A DNA stretch of 64,000 nucleotides from Tubulanus polymorphus (taxonomy: Eukaryota; Animalia; Nemertea). The stretch covers positions 16,515,252 through 16,579,251 of the forward strand of contig NC_134032.1 in the NCBI RefSeq assembly GCF_964204645.1, in the 5' to 3' direction. The notes under the pieces were generated by a model that was not told where the DNA came from, made no database searches, and saw only the letters and a list, made by a program, of their open reading frames with translations. The position numbers and the translations under genes were made by a program. Positions 1-25,300 of the stretch are shown here, one piece after another (the stretch's first letter is position 1; every line of letters begins with the position of its first letter).

Positions 1-140
1 AACATCTTAACTTACATAATGATTTGACGTGTTTCTTTGTTCTCGCATTTAGCTGTGTATCAATGAGGGTATAGAGCGAGGAGAGATACACTCCCCTCGT
101 AAAGCCTGTCACAACCTATCACACCAGTCCTCCATTATAC

Positions 141-400
<260 letters not shown>

Positions 401-2499
401 CGCTCGTTTTCTGGCGTGATGCTCGTATCTGAGCGGAAAATCCCCGGTAATGGCGGTGAAAATCTCTGATCTGTTTGTAGGCAACAATCCAATTACTAGA
501 CCGCACTGATGCGCGAGTTCATACCGGCGTTTCAGTCACTCTGCTGCCGCTTACGGGTCTTCGTCACGATCGTTAAAAAACCACGACGCCCAACTTGAAT
601 ATTGTGCAGTTAACTCAATTTCGAGTTCTCCGAAACTGGGCCTTTTTACCGCGATAAAGTAATTGTTTTCTAAAGGCCCGAAAACATAAATCGCTTTCAG
701 TGGAGAGGAATCTTATTTGGTCGGTTTTGTGATCACCGATTCTACGCGCAGCCCACTAGGGACTCACCGCAGCAGATAACTCACTTTCACAATCACACTT
801 TTTAACTATTGGATTACACGAAACGACGCGGGATATGCGTCGAAAAAGTGTCGTATTTTCTTTCTGACCATCGCGCAGTCGTCAATTGGATTTTATTCAT
901 CTCTCAGGGACCGACTTTGCTGCAATGTACGAATTAGATTGTATAAATCATACACGCATAAAGAGATGGTTTTTTAACCAACACTGGTCCGTGGTGGCGC
1001 TGTCTGAGATTTACTGTTTGTTGATGCGATCAGTGAGTGAAATTATGATGAATTTGTCTCGGTATATTGGCCCGGTATTGTGCAGGTGTTACGGCAACTC
1101 CTGATCCACTTTCAGATCCGTCACGTGGAATCATCCATCATCTCGTAGCCCTCACCCGGTACTACTGCTGTTTATCGTCGAGATACACGCCGCGGCTACA
1201 AAACTGAAAGTCTCTGAATATTGATTGCCTAATTACACAATATTAATGAGATTTTTTGGCCTGTACGACCGAGATAGCGTTTTATGTCTCGATAAGAAAT
1301 ATATTCTTTCTTTTCGTCCCCGGGTGAGAGTTAAGGGCTGTTCTAAATTTGTCTTTAATGCGACTGTCGGACGTTGATTTGATGTACAGCGATTTCCGGG
1401 TTTGATGTTCGTGAGGCTTTCTGTTACATGTATAAATATATAGACTTCATCTCCGGTCTGCGCGTCTCCCCCCTCCCCCCTACCTACAGCAATTCCCCGT
1501 CAACAACCAGCTAAGTGTTGTCTATCTATTGTAACATTGACCGCGCCATCCATAGATTCGAATAAACCTTTTCCAGATCATTATGAAATATATTTTACGA
1601 ACAGTTGAAAACGATGTTATTTCGATCACGTGTTCACAAATACCGGGGGTAAAATTTCAAACAGTTCAAATCGATTCGATTCCTGAAATCGACTTTCTCT
1701 AAAATCGATTTAGGAGTTGATCATTTTGTGGAACTGGGTCCAGTATTGTAACATTTTATCAAATTCTTTATTTAAATTTGCTGGTTCAGTTCAGGTTGTG
1801 TGAGGTCCCAGTAATGATCAGATAGTTAGATTGTTATCAGATAAATACCGTCGTTTTTTCACTCAGAATCCACTGGTTTTAAACAACTTTTGAGAAACTC
1901 GGTACAGGTTTTTGGGAAGCGTTTAAAAACTCCTCTCTCTTTCTCTCTCATCTCTCTCTCTCTTTCTCTCTCATCTCTCTTAAAGAAGAAGAAATCTCTT
2001 GATGTTTAGATGTTTCTACACAACGCACACGGATGCGCGCACACCGATAGAAGAGGTATTAGTCATCACGTGACACTATACGTCTAGAAATCAAATGAAA
2101 TAATGATTTGTAAGGAGATTACTGTAAATAGTTGAGGAAGCTGAAGCTGCTGCTGCTAACAGTAATCCCTCAATATTGACGTTTTACCTTTCACACTGAG
2201 ATTTAGCCGGCAGGTGTGACCTCCCTCCTTGCTTCCCTCCCTCAACGCCTCTCGATACAATACACCGTTTATGGATCAAATGGCTAACTCAACTTGTCAC
2301 TAATAGCTCACACATTCACTACCATCACCACATCGTCTTTCATATACACGTATTCTAAAGATCACTACTGATTATCAGTATAGCTGCAGGTGCGACTGAA
2401 CGAGTCTAGGTCTGTGGTTTATTTTTACTCAATCTATCAGGGTGTCCGGCGGGGATTGATTTAAGACCCATGAATTATGGATTGACGAGAGACTGAACC

Positions 2500-2626
2500 A
2501 CGGCCCCAACGGTCCTCTCCTCCCTGGACCACTGCTCCCCGGACCACGGCTCCAACGGACCGCGGCTCCCCGGACCACTGCTCCCCGGACCACGGCTCCA
2601 ACGGACCACTGCTCCCCGGACCACGG
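2500..2626. repeat. GC-rich ~15-bp tandem repeat (GGACCACGGCTCCCC variants)
   Basis: Directly visible. Confidence 0.85.
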
Positions 2627-3245
2627 TTGGGTTGTTCGGTCTTAAGATGATTCAGGGAAATATCAACCAACTGGACCGTGCATCAATCACACATCAATGA
2701 ATAGAATAACAATCAACAAAAATCTTTACTTCCGGTCACGTGTGTTGACCCCGGTGACTAACCGGTTGGAAAACCCTATTTGTATAACTGTTGACTGTGA
2801 CTGGTGGCCGCTCGGCAGCTAGGTGGCTGTAGCGTGGTATAACTGTTCACTGTGACTGGTGGCCGCTCGCCCTCCCATCACTGCCCTCAGTCATTATACA
2901 TGTATCTCACACTACGATGTTTATACACTTAATCGCCATGTGATTGGAATAAACATCATTTACTACTGTTACATTCAGTTTCCTGCTGTTCTCCTCACTT
3001 CCTCTGCGTGTTACGTGTTACCGTCACCCCCTCCTCCCCCCCTCCTCCCCCCTCCTCCCCCCTCCTCCCCCTCCTACCACTCACCCTCTATATTCAAATA
3101 TATCAATCTTACATATATGACAGTAACAAGAACTGATCCGAACACATTGATAAAAACTGTTATCGTCACATCACGTGGTGTTCACGTGATGTAACGCGTC
3201 TGTCTAGTTCCGGTAAAGAAGAAACATTTAAACTTTCGAACAAGA

Positions 3246-3445
3246 AAAACTAGAATTTATTTATTCAATCTAAAACATATAGAATACACGACGTTTCGAT
3301 TCCACCCTAGAGATCATCGTCAGGTGTCAGGATGATCTCTAGGGTGAGATCGAAATGGTCGTGTATTTTATATATTTTAGATTGAATGAATAAATTCTTG
3401 TTTTTAAATTCTTTTAATCTGTAGATAGTGGGTTTTTATCTTATT
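3246..3445. mobile_element. Palindromic insertion, probable Penelope-like element (PLE) remnant, with 12-bp target site duplication
   Basis: Inverted arms ~3245-3320 and ~3331-3405. TTTCGAACAAGA occurs at 3234-3245 and 3446-3457. Contains a hammerhead-like core. Confidence 0.7.
3286..3327 (-). ncRNA. Minimal type I hammerhead ribozyme-like motif
   Basis: Minus strand reads ACAC-CUGACGA-UGAUCUCUAGGGUGGAAUC-GAAA-C-GUC-GUGU: CUGANGA and GAAA cores, GUC triplet, stem I ACAC/GUGU, imperfect stem II, palindromic ACGU stem III. Confidence 0.6.
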
Positions 3446-3889
3446 TTTCGAACAAGATTTAAAAAACAGCACTAACAATAACAGCAGCAGCAACAGCAGC
3501 AGCAACAGCAGCAGCAACAGCAGCAGCAACAGCAGCAACAGCAGCAGCAGCATAGAATATCTTTAGATAAGACAGGACAAATTGAGATCGACCAGAGCTA
3601 CGTGTGTGTCCGGTGATTCATTGATTCATCGGCAATCATCAGATCAGTCTCTAAATCGGCAATCACTGAGCAAAATCTAACGAAAACAATATTTCAGCGT
3701 ACGCTAATAACAGTGAAATTATCTCATCAGAAACGACAATCTGTGACAATCTATGACAATCTGTGACAATCTGCGAGCGTAGATTGACTTATTACCAGAT
3801 ATAATAGATCAATCGTGATCGGTAATTGTTATAATATGAAGGCGGGTGAAGTCTTCCATCAGTACTTACTGTATAAATCATATTCTATT

Positions 3890-4120
<231 letters not shown>

Positions 4121-4570
4121 TGAATTTTGTAATTGTAGCTTCATGATTTTTAGATTACAGAAAGATGATCTTTGATCAGATCAGATTTGTATCTATGAAT
4201 TGTATCTAATATTGATTGAGATTTGTATTTTATTATTTGAGAGAATTCTATTGTTAATCTGTCTGTCTATCTGTCGGTCTGTCTGTCCGTCTGTCGGTCC
4301 GTCTGTCTGTCGGTCGGTCGGTCGGTCTCTTTGTGCTGATTTCCCGATTGGTTTGATGTGGCTCAGGTTGAGAGACTCCTGTTTCCCAATCAGTGGTTCC
4401 CTGGTGGTTCATACCAAGTATTGTCCAGAAGCTGCAGTTGCTCGAAAGCTGGTTGAATTTAACTATAACCAACTTTGCAGCAACTGTTGATCAGGTTTAT
4501 GACGTCATCCACATTCAGAAGAATCGACGAGGAAGAAATTCGTAGATATACGAATGTCATGTTTCACTCA

Positions 4571-4717
4571 GGGCTGGTTTATTTATTGTGAAGGTCACTG
4601 GGCTGGTTTATTTATTGTGAAGGTCACTGGGCTGGTTTATTCATTGTGAAGGTCACTGGGCTGGTTTATTCATTGTGAAGGTCACTGGGCTGGTTTATTC
4701 ATTGTGAAGGTCACTGG
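4571..4717. repeat. 29-bp minisatellite x5
   Basis: GGGCTGGTTTATTCATTGTGAAGGTCACT. Confidence 0.95.
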
Positions 4718-5237
4718 TAGCGAAAGAGAGTAAAAAGTGATAAATGATGAAGTGGCCACTGGATGAATGATAGACCTCCACCCCCACTCCCCACTCCCCT
4801 TTCCCCTCCACGAGTAAAATATTCACTTTACAAATCCCTCTAATTCTTTATGATTGATTCCGAGACCACAGACAGTAACCGAGGCTACGACTAGTTCACA
4901 TTCAGCGTGAGACGGTCATTACAACAAATTGAGGATGATGGATGAACTGAGACTGAAAACTGTATCGTTCTTACGATTGATAAATTCATGTAGTAATCTA
5001 CACTTACACAAAATCAGTCACACACTGAATTACTATGATTTATATTTCTATATCGAATCTGCAGCTGCTGCTGCTGCTGCTGCTAGAACACTGGTACTGA
5101 CAGATAAACATAGTTTCTACAGTTAAACTGTTTACAATGAAAGCGACACCTGACTGGTCACTGGTCTCTACGCCTGACTGGTCACCGGTCACCACAATGA
5201 CCAGAGACACCTCTAGATCCCGGTAATCACTACTGAT

Positions 5238-5381
5238 CTATGGTCTAGTGGTTAAAGCGCTCGGCTGGTGTGCTGGAGGTCTGAAGTTCGAGTCCTGCTA
5301 GGGTTAGGGTTACAACCGAGCTAGGGTTAGGGTTACAACCGAGCTAGGGTTAGGGTTATGAATCACCTAGGGTTAGGGTTA
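5238..5381 (+). mobile_element. tRNA-derived SINE-like element with TTAGGG-rich tail (copy 1)
   Basis: A box TGGTCTAGTGG (5241), B box GTTCGAGTCC (5286), then four CTAGGGTTAGGGTTA blocks. Similar to 21756 and 53905. Confidence 0.65.
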
Positions 5382-6185
5382 TTTTTACAATCGGAAGTGC
5401 TGCGATTGGGGTTAATTTCAACATTTTCTCCGTTCTATTTTTACATGAAATGGCGGTAAAAAATTCACTTTTTAGAATAAACTCGCTGCCCTTGTATTTA
5501 ATTAGCAGTTTGTGCGACTCTCAACCGTTAATTTGAGGTGAATATCTCGAATAACTGGCTGTGAATAGAAGTAGTTTATTCATATTCAGTGTTAGTTTTA
5601 ATAGTTGTACCTAGTGTTGCATGTAGTTGGAATCTCTGGGGTGTTTTATAAAGACAGTTTCTGATCTCGCCAGGGAAATCGACGCGTTCTCGTTTCTCTA
5701 TAACTCGATTATTACAACATAACTGCATCCGATCATCTTTCACAATTATCTCCGTCACTATTTTTATATCGCCGAATTTTGCCGGTCAATTTCTGCATCT
5801 GAGCGGCAGGAATTCATCAAAAAATTCATCTAATTTCGTTAATGCGAAAACTACCATATTCACTGGAAACTCGAGTCCGGAATTAAAATTTTATCAGAAT
5901 TTTATCAACTTTTCGTCACAGTTTCGCGGTAATCTCACTCCACATCACCCCCTTCCCCTCCCCTCCCCTCATCTCGCGCCCCGAACACTGCATCTTTCAA
6001 CAGATCTTTCAACGGAAATTGAAATGAAGACTTGAAATGTTGGCCTCCGCAGCCACTGCCTGCCCGTATGTACATTTCTTGGATATTGAATCTGTTTTGA
6101 AAATGGCTTTTTTAAGTTATTCGAGTCGAAACGTCTTCATTGTTTTAATTATTCATTCTTCAAACATTCAATTTCATCATGATCT

Positions 6186-6915
6186 AAAATATCCACTGAG
6201 CTAGACTATCTGAAATATCCACTGAGCTAGACTATCTGAAATATCCGCTGAGCTAGACTATCTGAAATATCCGCTGAGCTAGACTATCCGAAATATCCAC
6301 TGAGAGCTAGACTATCTGAAATATCCGCTGAGCTAGACTATCTGAAATATCCGCTGAGCTAGACTATCTGAAATATCCACTGAGCTAGACTATCTGAAAT
6401 ATCCGCTGAGCTAGACTATCTGAAATATCCACTGAGCTAGACTATCTGAAATATCCACTGAGCTAGACTATCTGAAATATCCGCTGAGCTAGACTATCTG
6501 AAATATCCACTGAGCTAGACTATCTGAAATATCCGCTGAGCTAGACTATCTGAAATATCCGCTGAGCTAGACTATCTGAAATATCCACTGAGCTAGACTA
6601 TCTGAAATATCCACTGAGCTAGACTATCTGAAATATCCGCTGAGCTAGACTATCTGAAATATCCACTGAGCTAGACTATCTGAAATATCCGCTGAGCTAG
6701 ACTCTCTGAAATATCCGCTGAGCTAGACTATCTGAAATATCCACTGAGCTAGACTATCTGAAATATCCGCTGAGCTAGACTATCTGAAATATCCACTGAG
6801 CTAGACTATCTGAAATATCCGCTGAGCTAGACTATCTGAAATATCCGCTGAGCTAGACTATCTGAAATATCCACTGAGCTAGACTATCTGAAATATCCAC
6901 TGAGCTAGACTATCT
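6186..6915. repeat. 26-bp minisatellite, ~28 copies
   Basis: TGAAATATCC(A/G)CTGAGCTAGACTATC. Confidence 0.97.
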
Positions 6916-8369
6916 CACATTTCACACGTTTTTTTTCCTCGATGATGGAAATTACGATTGAGGAAATGAAAACGTTTGTGAAACAGTGAAATCAAAATTA
7001 TTAACGGAAGTTTGAATTTATGTAGAATTCAATCTGTATCGTTTAAAAACAGATGTAAAATCCAGCAAAACCGCTAAATGAAAAAAAATTTATTTTAAAC
7101 ATCACGAAGATATAGAGTCAGTGTTTTATGAAAGTCCTAAATCACGGAGTCTTCGAGTAAATATATAAGCGCGTTTTAACACAGTGATATTTGACTGTGT
7201 GTAATTAATTGTTCATAGTTTCCTGCTGCAGGGTCGCGCAATAGACTCGAGAGGTTTAACCGTCACTGGTATTCGAGGTTTTATTGCAGCCACTATTCAA
7301 TTCTTTAAAACAAAGCGTCTGGCAGTGATCTAACACTGAATTCCCAGCAGTAGTGAGTGAGGGGGTGAGTGAGGAGTGAGTGAGGGGCGAGTGAGGGGGT
7401 GAGTCTGATTATAAGACAGCGGATAAAAAATGTAACAAATTCACAAGGAAACTTCTGAGAGATAAACAAATACAAATAGATGACCATCAAGTTTCAATCA
7501 TATCTTTTTCTGTGAAATATCTTAAAAAGTAGCGCCGTTTAATGCGGACAGTTTTAAACGAGCGATGATTGGTAGATAAGAGGTCGCAAGTGACGCGAGT
7601 AAAATAGTCCCAGCATCTTCAATTACTGCTTACATACAACAGTAGACAGAGAGAGAGAGAGAGAGATCGGCGTCAAGTCGACTAGAGGTAACCCGATAGA
7701 ACCCGATAGAACCCGATAGAACCCGGGACGCCTCTGTGCAGTATGAATCTATGAGGAAGGTGACGTGTCGGTTAGTAATGAGGTATTTAATCACTGAGAT
7801 CTATTCATTCACAGTTCAATCACGAGTCCACACGAGGATTATCAACACATGTCACGTGTCACCGGTGCGTTATAGAAGTTCATGAAAGTCAATGACATAC
7901 ACGCACGTTACGCGCACGTCACACGCACACACGCACACGCGTGCGCGCGGGAAGAAGGAGATATTTAAACAGTTTGTAATTTCATCATTTCTGATTGAAT
8001 TCTAGAATTGAACGGATTTATTATAACCTGATCGACGAGAGGTCAGCAGCAGCAACAGCAGCAGCAACAGCAGCAGCAGTTACAGGTGCGGGTTCAACTA
8101 TTACAACATATATATACATAGCTGATGATGATAATGACGATGATGACGATGATGATGAGTTGATATCGGTGTTTCGCGAACATGGCAGCAAAAACAATGA
8201 CAATAACTTTCTGTCTAAACAGATAGACAGTTATTAGACAGATAGACAGCTGTCAGCGGGATTTATCATAGTTTTAAAGATTATCAAACACTGTGTGGTG
8301 TGACTTGCGTGTATCAGTATGATGTATCAGACTGTATCCACTAGATACATCTTACTAACTCGTTATACC

Positions 8370-20159
<11,790 letters not shown>

Positions 20160-21755
20160 ACTCTGATGTGGTATAGACGGTCATAGCCACACTGAGGTGT
20201 GAACTCTGATGTGGTATAGATGGTCATAGCCACACTGAGGTGTGAACTCTGATGTGGTATAGATGGTCATAGCCACACTGAGGTGTGAACTCTGATGTGG
20301 TATAGATGGTCATAGCCACACTGAGGTGTGAACTCTGATGTGGTATAGATGGTCATAGCCACACTGAGGTGTGAACTCTGATGTGGTATAGATGGTCATA
20401 GCCACACTGAGGTGTGAACTCTGATGTGGTATAGATGGTCATAGCCACACTGAGGTGTGAACTCTGATGTGGTATAGATGGTCATAGCCACACTGAGGTG
20501 TGAACTCTTCTGAAGTCTTCAATGGTTTATTCAACGGGATACACGTGACCTATCATGACGTCACGGACGCCTGGTGATGACGTCACGGATAGACGTATAA
20601 ATGTCCAGAGACCGGAAGAAACAATTTCAGAAATACCCAGCAGGGAGCGTACAGGGTATGGGGAAATACCCAGCAGGGAGGGTACTGGGTATGGGGAAAC
20701 AATGAGAAGGGAACTGGGTATAGGGAAACAATGAGAAGGGTACTGGGTATGGGGAAATCACTGCAGTAGAATAGAGGATAGATTTGACTCGTTTGAATAG
20801 TCGATAATCACGATAGATACCGGTAGGCGGCGCTCAAGTGGGCCAAGTGCCCAGTTAATTGGCTTTTTATCGAACGGATCCTAGCAGTTTAGAGTTGATA
20901 GGGATCCAAGCAGGTTGAGAGGGGATCCTAGCAGGTTGATAGGGATCATTGTTGTTGATAGATTATTTGTTGTGTGTAATATTTGTAAATAAATAGACGA
21001 TAATAAAATTGTATTTAAATTTGAATTGATCGAATCGAAAACTGTAAATTTGTAACTGACTCGAGTCACATTTCAATGAATGATTGTATTTTAACTCTTT
21101 TAAACAATAATTCATTACGTGAAACGATCCATTCAGTAGTTTATGTTCAGCAGAATCAGGGAGGTATAGGGTTGGGTCATTCCTCGCCTGCCAGGGGTAG
21201 GTAACCTGTAAATATATTGTATAGAATTAAACTGAATAATAAATGAATACGTAATGATTTATTAAACACGCGTCACGTCACGTGACACGTCAGTTGTTTT
21301 TAATGTTGTAATTGTAAATTTCTCGTTTCTACGAAACTCAACCAATCACCGCTCATGATGACGTCATTAAATCATGCATAAATTCATTATTGATAATAAA
21401 ATCATTTAAACTGAATCTCGTCTTGTTGTTGTTAGTTTCGTGTCATCACGATGCGAGTGATACGTGGAGATACGTGAAGACGACTGTATGAGAACAGACC
21501 GCGGGCGGGGGGGGGGTACGCCTGAATAACAATGTTGTACCGTGTAACGGGCGACTTCATATTCATAAATATCAATATCATTCAAATACAGATACAGCGT
21601 CAGTTTTGTTATTGAATATAGTCTCCAGTCAGATGACCGGTGACCAGTCAGACTGGTCAACGAACATCTGATTAGTTCCCGGTCATCTGACTGGTCATCA
21701 GTCATCTGATCGGTCACCAGGTCACTGACTGACAAACACGATTACTGTAGCCCGG

Positions 21756-21823
21756 TGGTTTAGTGGTTATTATGCTGGCTGGTCATGCTGGAGACTCCGC
21801 GTTCGAGTCTAGGACTAGGGTTC
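21756..21823 (+). mobile_element. tRNA-derived SINE-like element (copy 2)
   Basis: TGGTTTAGTGGTTA...CTGGTCATGCTGGAGAC..GTTCGAGTCT..CTAGGGTT; tRNA-Asp-like body without a proper acceptor stem. Confidence 0.55.
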
Positions 21824-22360
21824 TTAAGAATGTTTTTTTTTCTATCTACAGCTGTGATTAAACTATTTTTACGGAAAGGGGAAAGAATAACTAAATGAAT
21901 ATTCCTCTACGACCCGATGATCCTGGTTCTCATCAATACTCTGTTTATATCCAAGTGGATAGTTTTTATATCAATTTTTTTTCTCATACAATCTCGGATT
22001 TCTAGATGTAAATTTATTCTAAAGATGATCCATATGTAAACTATAAGTGCATTAGGTCTCATAATCTGCTCTATTAAAAATTACTAAGTTCACAGAACAA
22101 TATCTCAAATGTAGGAGAGACTAAGCTTAGCGTCTTCGACAATTACAGAATTCGAGTTTGAAAAATGCCCTAACAATGAACGGATTTGTGTAGATGTTTA
22201 TAAATACCCGAGGGGTCAATATCGGTTTAAGAACTGGATCCATTAGAGAGATTTAATCCGCTAAAACGTTTTTCTATTCTTCATTTAGACTGCGTATTTC
22301 ACTCGCAGTATTTCACAGTAGTTGTTTATGAAATACTGCGCGCGACTGTAGTTAATGTTA

Positions 22361-25300
22361 ATGATGGATCTGCTTCAGATTGTTAGGATTATTCTGATAA
22401 TCAGCTTTCTGCTAAAAACTGATGCGCGTCTTCGAAAACCAGGTCTATTATTCAACTTATAATCATAATAATCATTCTCGATAATTTAGAAATTTATGCA
22501 GAATTTAGAATAGATCACTGTCTGATTGAGTTTTCAAAAACCATTTGATTTTAATTCAAATTCTTGACTAAAATAGAATTGATAGCGTTCACAACTTCGG
22601 AGTATTATTTTTGAAATGTTGGGGTATTTTAGGAAATATTGCTTTACGCAAACCGACCAGATGGAGACAGACAGGTTCTAATGATGAATCATTCCTCGCT
22701 GTTGATGGTGACAGAGATTCAACTAAAGAACATTTAACGTGTGTATATCTGACTCCTGAAACCAGTGTCTATGGATGGGGTTTGTCTATACCTCTCTGGT
22801 GGTATGTCGATTTACTAGATGAATATGATATTGATTCAGTCATATTTGCTCCATGTTTGCGCTACTGTAAGTACAGGAATTACCGATGTGCCGTAGAATT
22901 AGAGGGGGTGGGGGAAGGGACCAAGTCTCCCACTGTTCTCACACACATGAACATAATTTCTTACATACCCCGCTGTTAACTAACTTTAATCAATTCTAAC
23001 CTTCATTTTATACAATGTATTTCCTTAGCTGCATTTAATTGGCTCTGTTATAATCGTCATTAACTCTGTTTAAGAAATGCATGCCTAGGCTAGGTCTCAG
23101 TAGATATTTTATGGACTTAAGGGGGAGGGGAGACACGCGTGGGGCACGTGCTTCTATTTTAGCTTATATAATTGTTAAAGAAAATTTTATTCATATGGAA
23201 TTCGACTCCAGTATCTGCTTGAAATACTCTCAGAGTTTACTGGGGGAATCACCATGAGCTGGAATAGAGGATCCCTCCCCTATCAGAATCCTGGGTTCAT
23301 CTCTGGGTACCCGAATAAAACGGGCAATGAATTATAGAATGTGAAAGGAATAACGTGGTCAATAATGATAGTAATAGCATTCGATCTTTGTAATTCTCGC
23401 TGATCACTGCTGGCTCACTGCTGGCTCACTGCTGGCTCACTGCTGGCTCACTGCTGGCTCACTGCTGGCTCACTGCTGGCTCACTGCTGGCTCACTGCTG
23501 GCTCACTGCTGGCTCACTGCTGGCTCACTGCTGGCTCACTGCTGGCTCACTGGCTGCGAGTAAAATGAAACCTTTTCACCCATGATTCTTCAAGTCTTTG
23601 AAATCCAAGGATGTCAGGAGTTAAATCTAAATTACTCAATGGCATTCCTCACTATAATTTAGTTCCGTCCCCTCCTCACATAAAATTCGTTCATACAGCT
23701 TTAACCGGAAATGAATGATCTATCTGTATCTACATCAGTCTAATGTCACGTGATTGCTGCTCTATTACAACAGGTCGAACTGTAAATGTAGATATATATC
23801 TAACGAATCGATTTATTGAAGACGATGTTTACGGAACAAATAAAACGCGTATTGGCGGAATAACCGGTAAAGCGAAACATACCGTTTATACCTTCCGATG
23901 TCATAGTAACTGCAAAGCCCGACAGGTGGCGGTTTTAGGGCGTTTGGGTGATATGAAACTGCAGTTCTGTGAAATAGAGGTTTATACTAAAGAACAAATA
24001 GGCGAGTATTATTGCATTAATCTAAATCGTGATCAACAAAACCTCGTAATATTTTCATTTGAATTTACTCGAACTCGCTTCCCCGTGGTATCTCGGAGGA
24101 CTCCCCTATTACGGTCAAAATGGTCGGAGAAAACTCGTTGTAGCTGCCTTGCGGCTATATTTCGAAATTATTAATCTTTTCACACAGAAAACGTCGCCCT
24201 GGGTAAATCTTTCATACAAAGAAACTACAAAAATAACGACCGCCTGGGATCGCGTTTACTCGATGGTAATGACTGCTTTTTCGAGAATAAACTCAGTTGT
24301 TTATCACTGGCTGGGAATATTATAACCGGTGAATGGTTTACTGTCGATCTCGGAGACACATATGACGTCAGATCTATACAGATCGCCACTATGGAAGGTA
24401 CGTGTACCCCTGTGACGTCACACTCAGTGAATCGGTGTTTTAACGGGAAATATAAACACGTGCGATGTATTTGATATTTCAGACAAGCAGTTGGCGGCCA
24501 AACTTTATATTTTAGTATCGATGGATTTCGATGAGAAGAGGAGTATAAATGAAATGATGGAAAGATCAATGACGTGTGCAATCATTACGGATCTATTCGG
24601 CAAATATACAGCTATGAGTCACTTACCATGTCAAGCGCCATCTACCGGTAGATATGTGATCGTTTATCAACCCAACTCGTACGGTTTAACGCTTTGTGAA
24701 GTGGAGGTTTTCGCAACTATTCATCGAGGTATCAGTCCAAACAAATCCATCTATTTTTCTTCAAATCTTTACATTTCTTCAAATCTATCATTTCTCTCAG
24801 ATAATCTCGTTACTAAGCGACCGACGCAACAATACGGCGAATCACATGATTCCTGGTTAGCTATTGATGGTAACATTGACACATTTATTGAAACACCTGG
24901 TACTCATACACAGGAATGGTGGACAATCGACCTTCTCAATGTTTATCACATTGAAAATATATTTCTAACCAACAGAAATATTAAAGGTATGAAATATATC
25001 CAAATTTCGAACGAAAATATCATTTATCGGGTATTAGCAGAACTAGCTGCGAGAAGTGAGAAAACCAACCATCATATTAGAAGTGTTAGATTAGCTGTAA
25101 GAGTGTATTCTATAACTGTTTCAGGAGGTACTTGCACTTCACTACTCGGTGTTAGGGATGGTAGGATTTTAGATAGTCAAATAACGGCACGTGATTATAA
25201 AGTTGGACACGAACCTAAAAATGCGCGAAATACAACTGGTTGGTGTCCTACTACAAGTGGATCGTGGTGGCAGGTTGAATTCCACAATATCACATTAGTA

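Noticed and set aside
490-1450. CpG-richer segment that could be a promoter or 5' UTR exon of the glutamate receptor
   Set aside because: Plausible, but no transcript evidence or diagnostic motif; the 72-aa ORF at 886 has no recognisable homology.
5238-5300. Functional tRNA genes at 5238, 21756 and 53905
   Set aside because: A/B boxes are present, but I could not form acceptor and anticodon stems and the copies differ at the anticodon; treated as SINE-like.
5298-5381. Telomere or true interstitial telomeric array
   Set aside because: Only doublets of TTAGGG embedded in a dispersed repeat.
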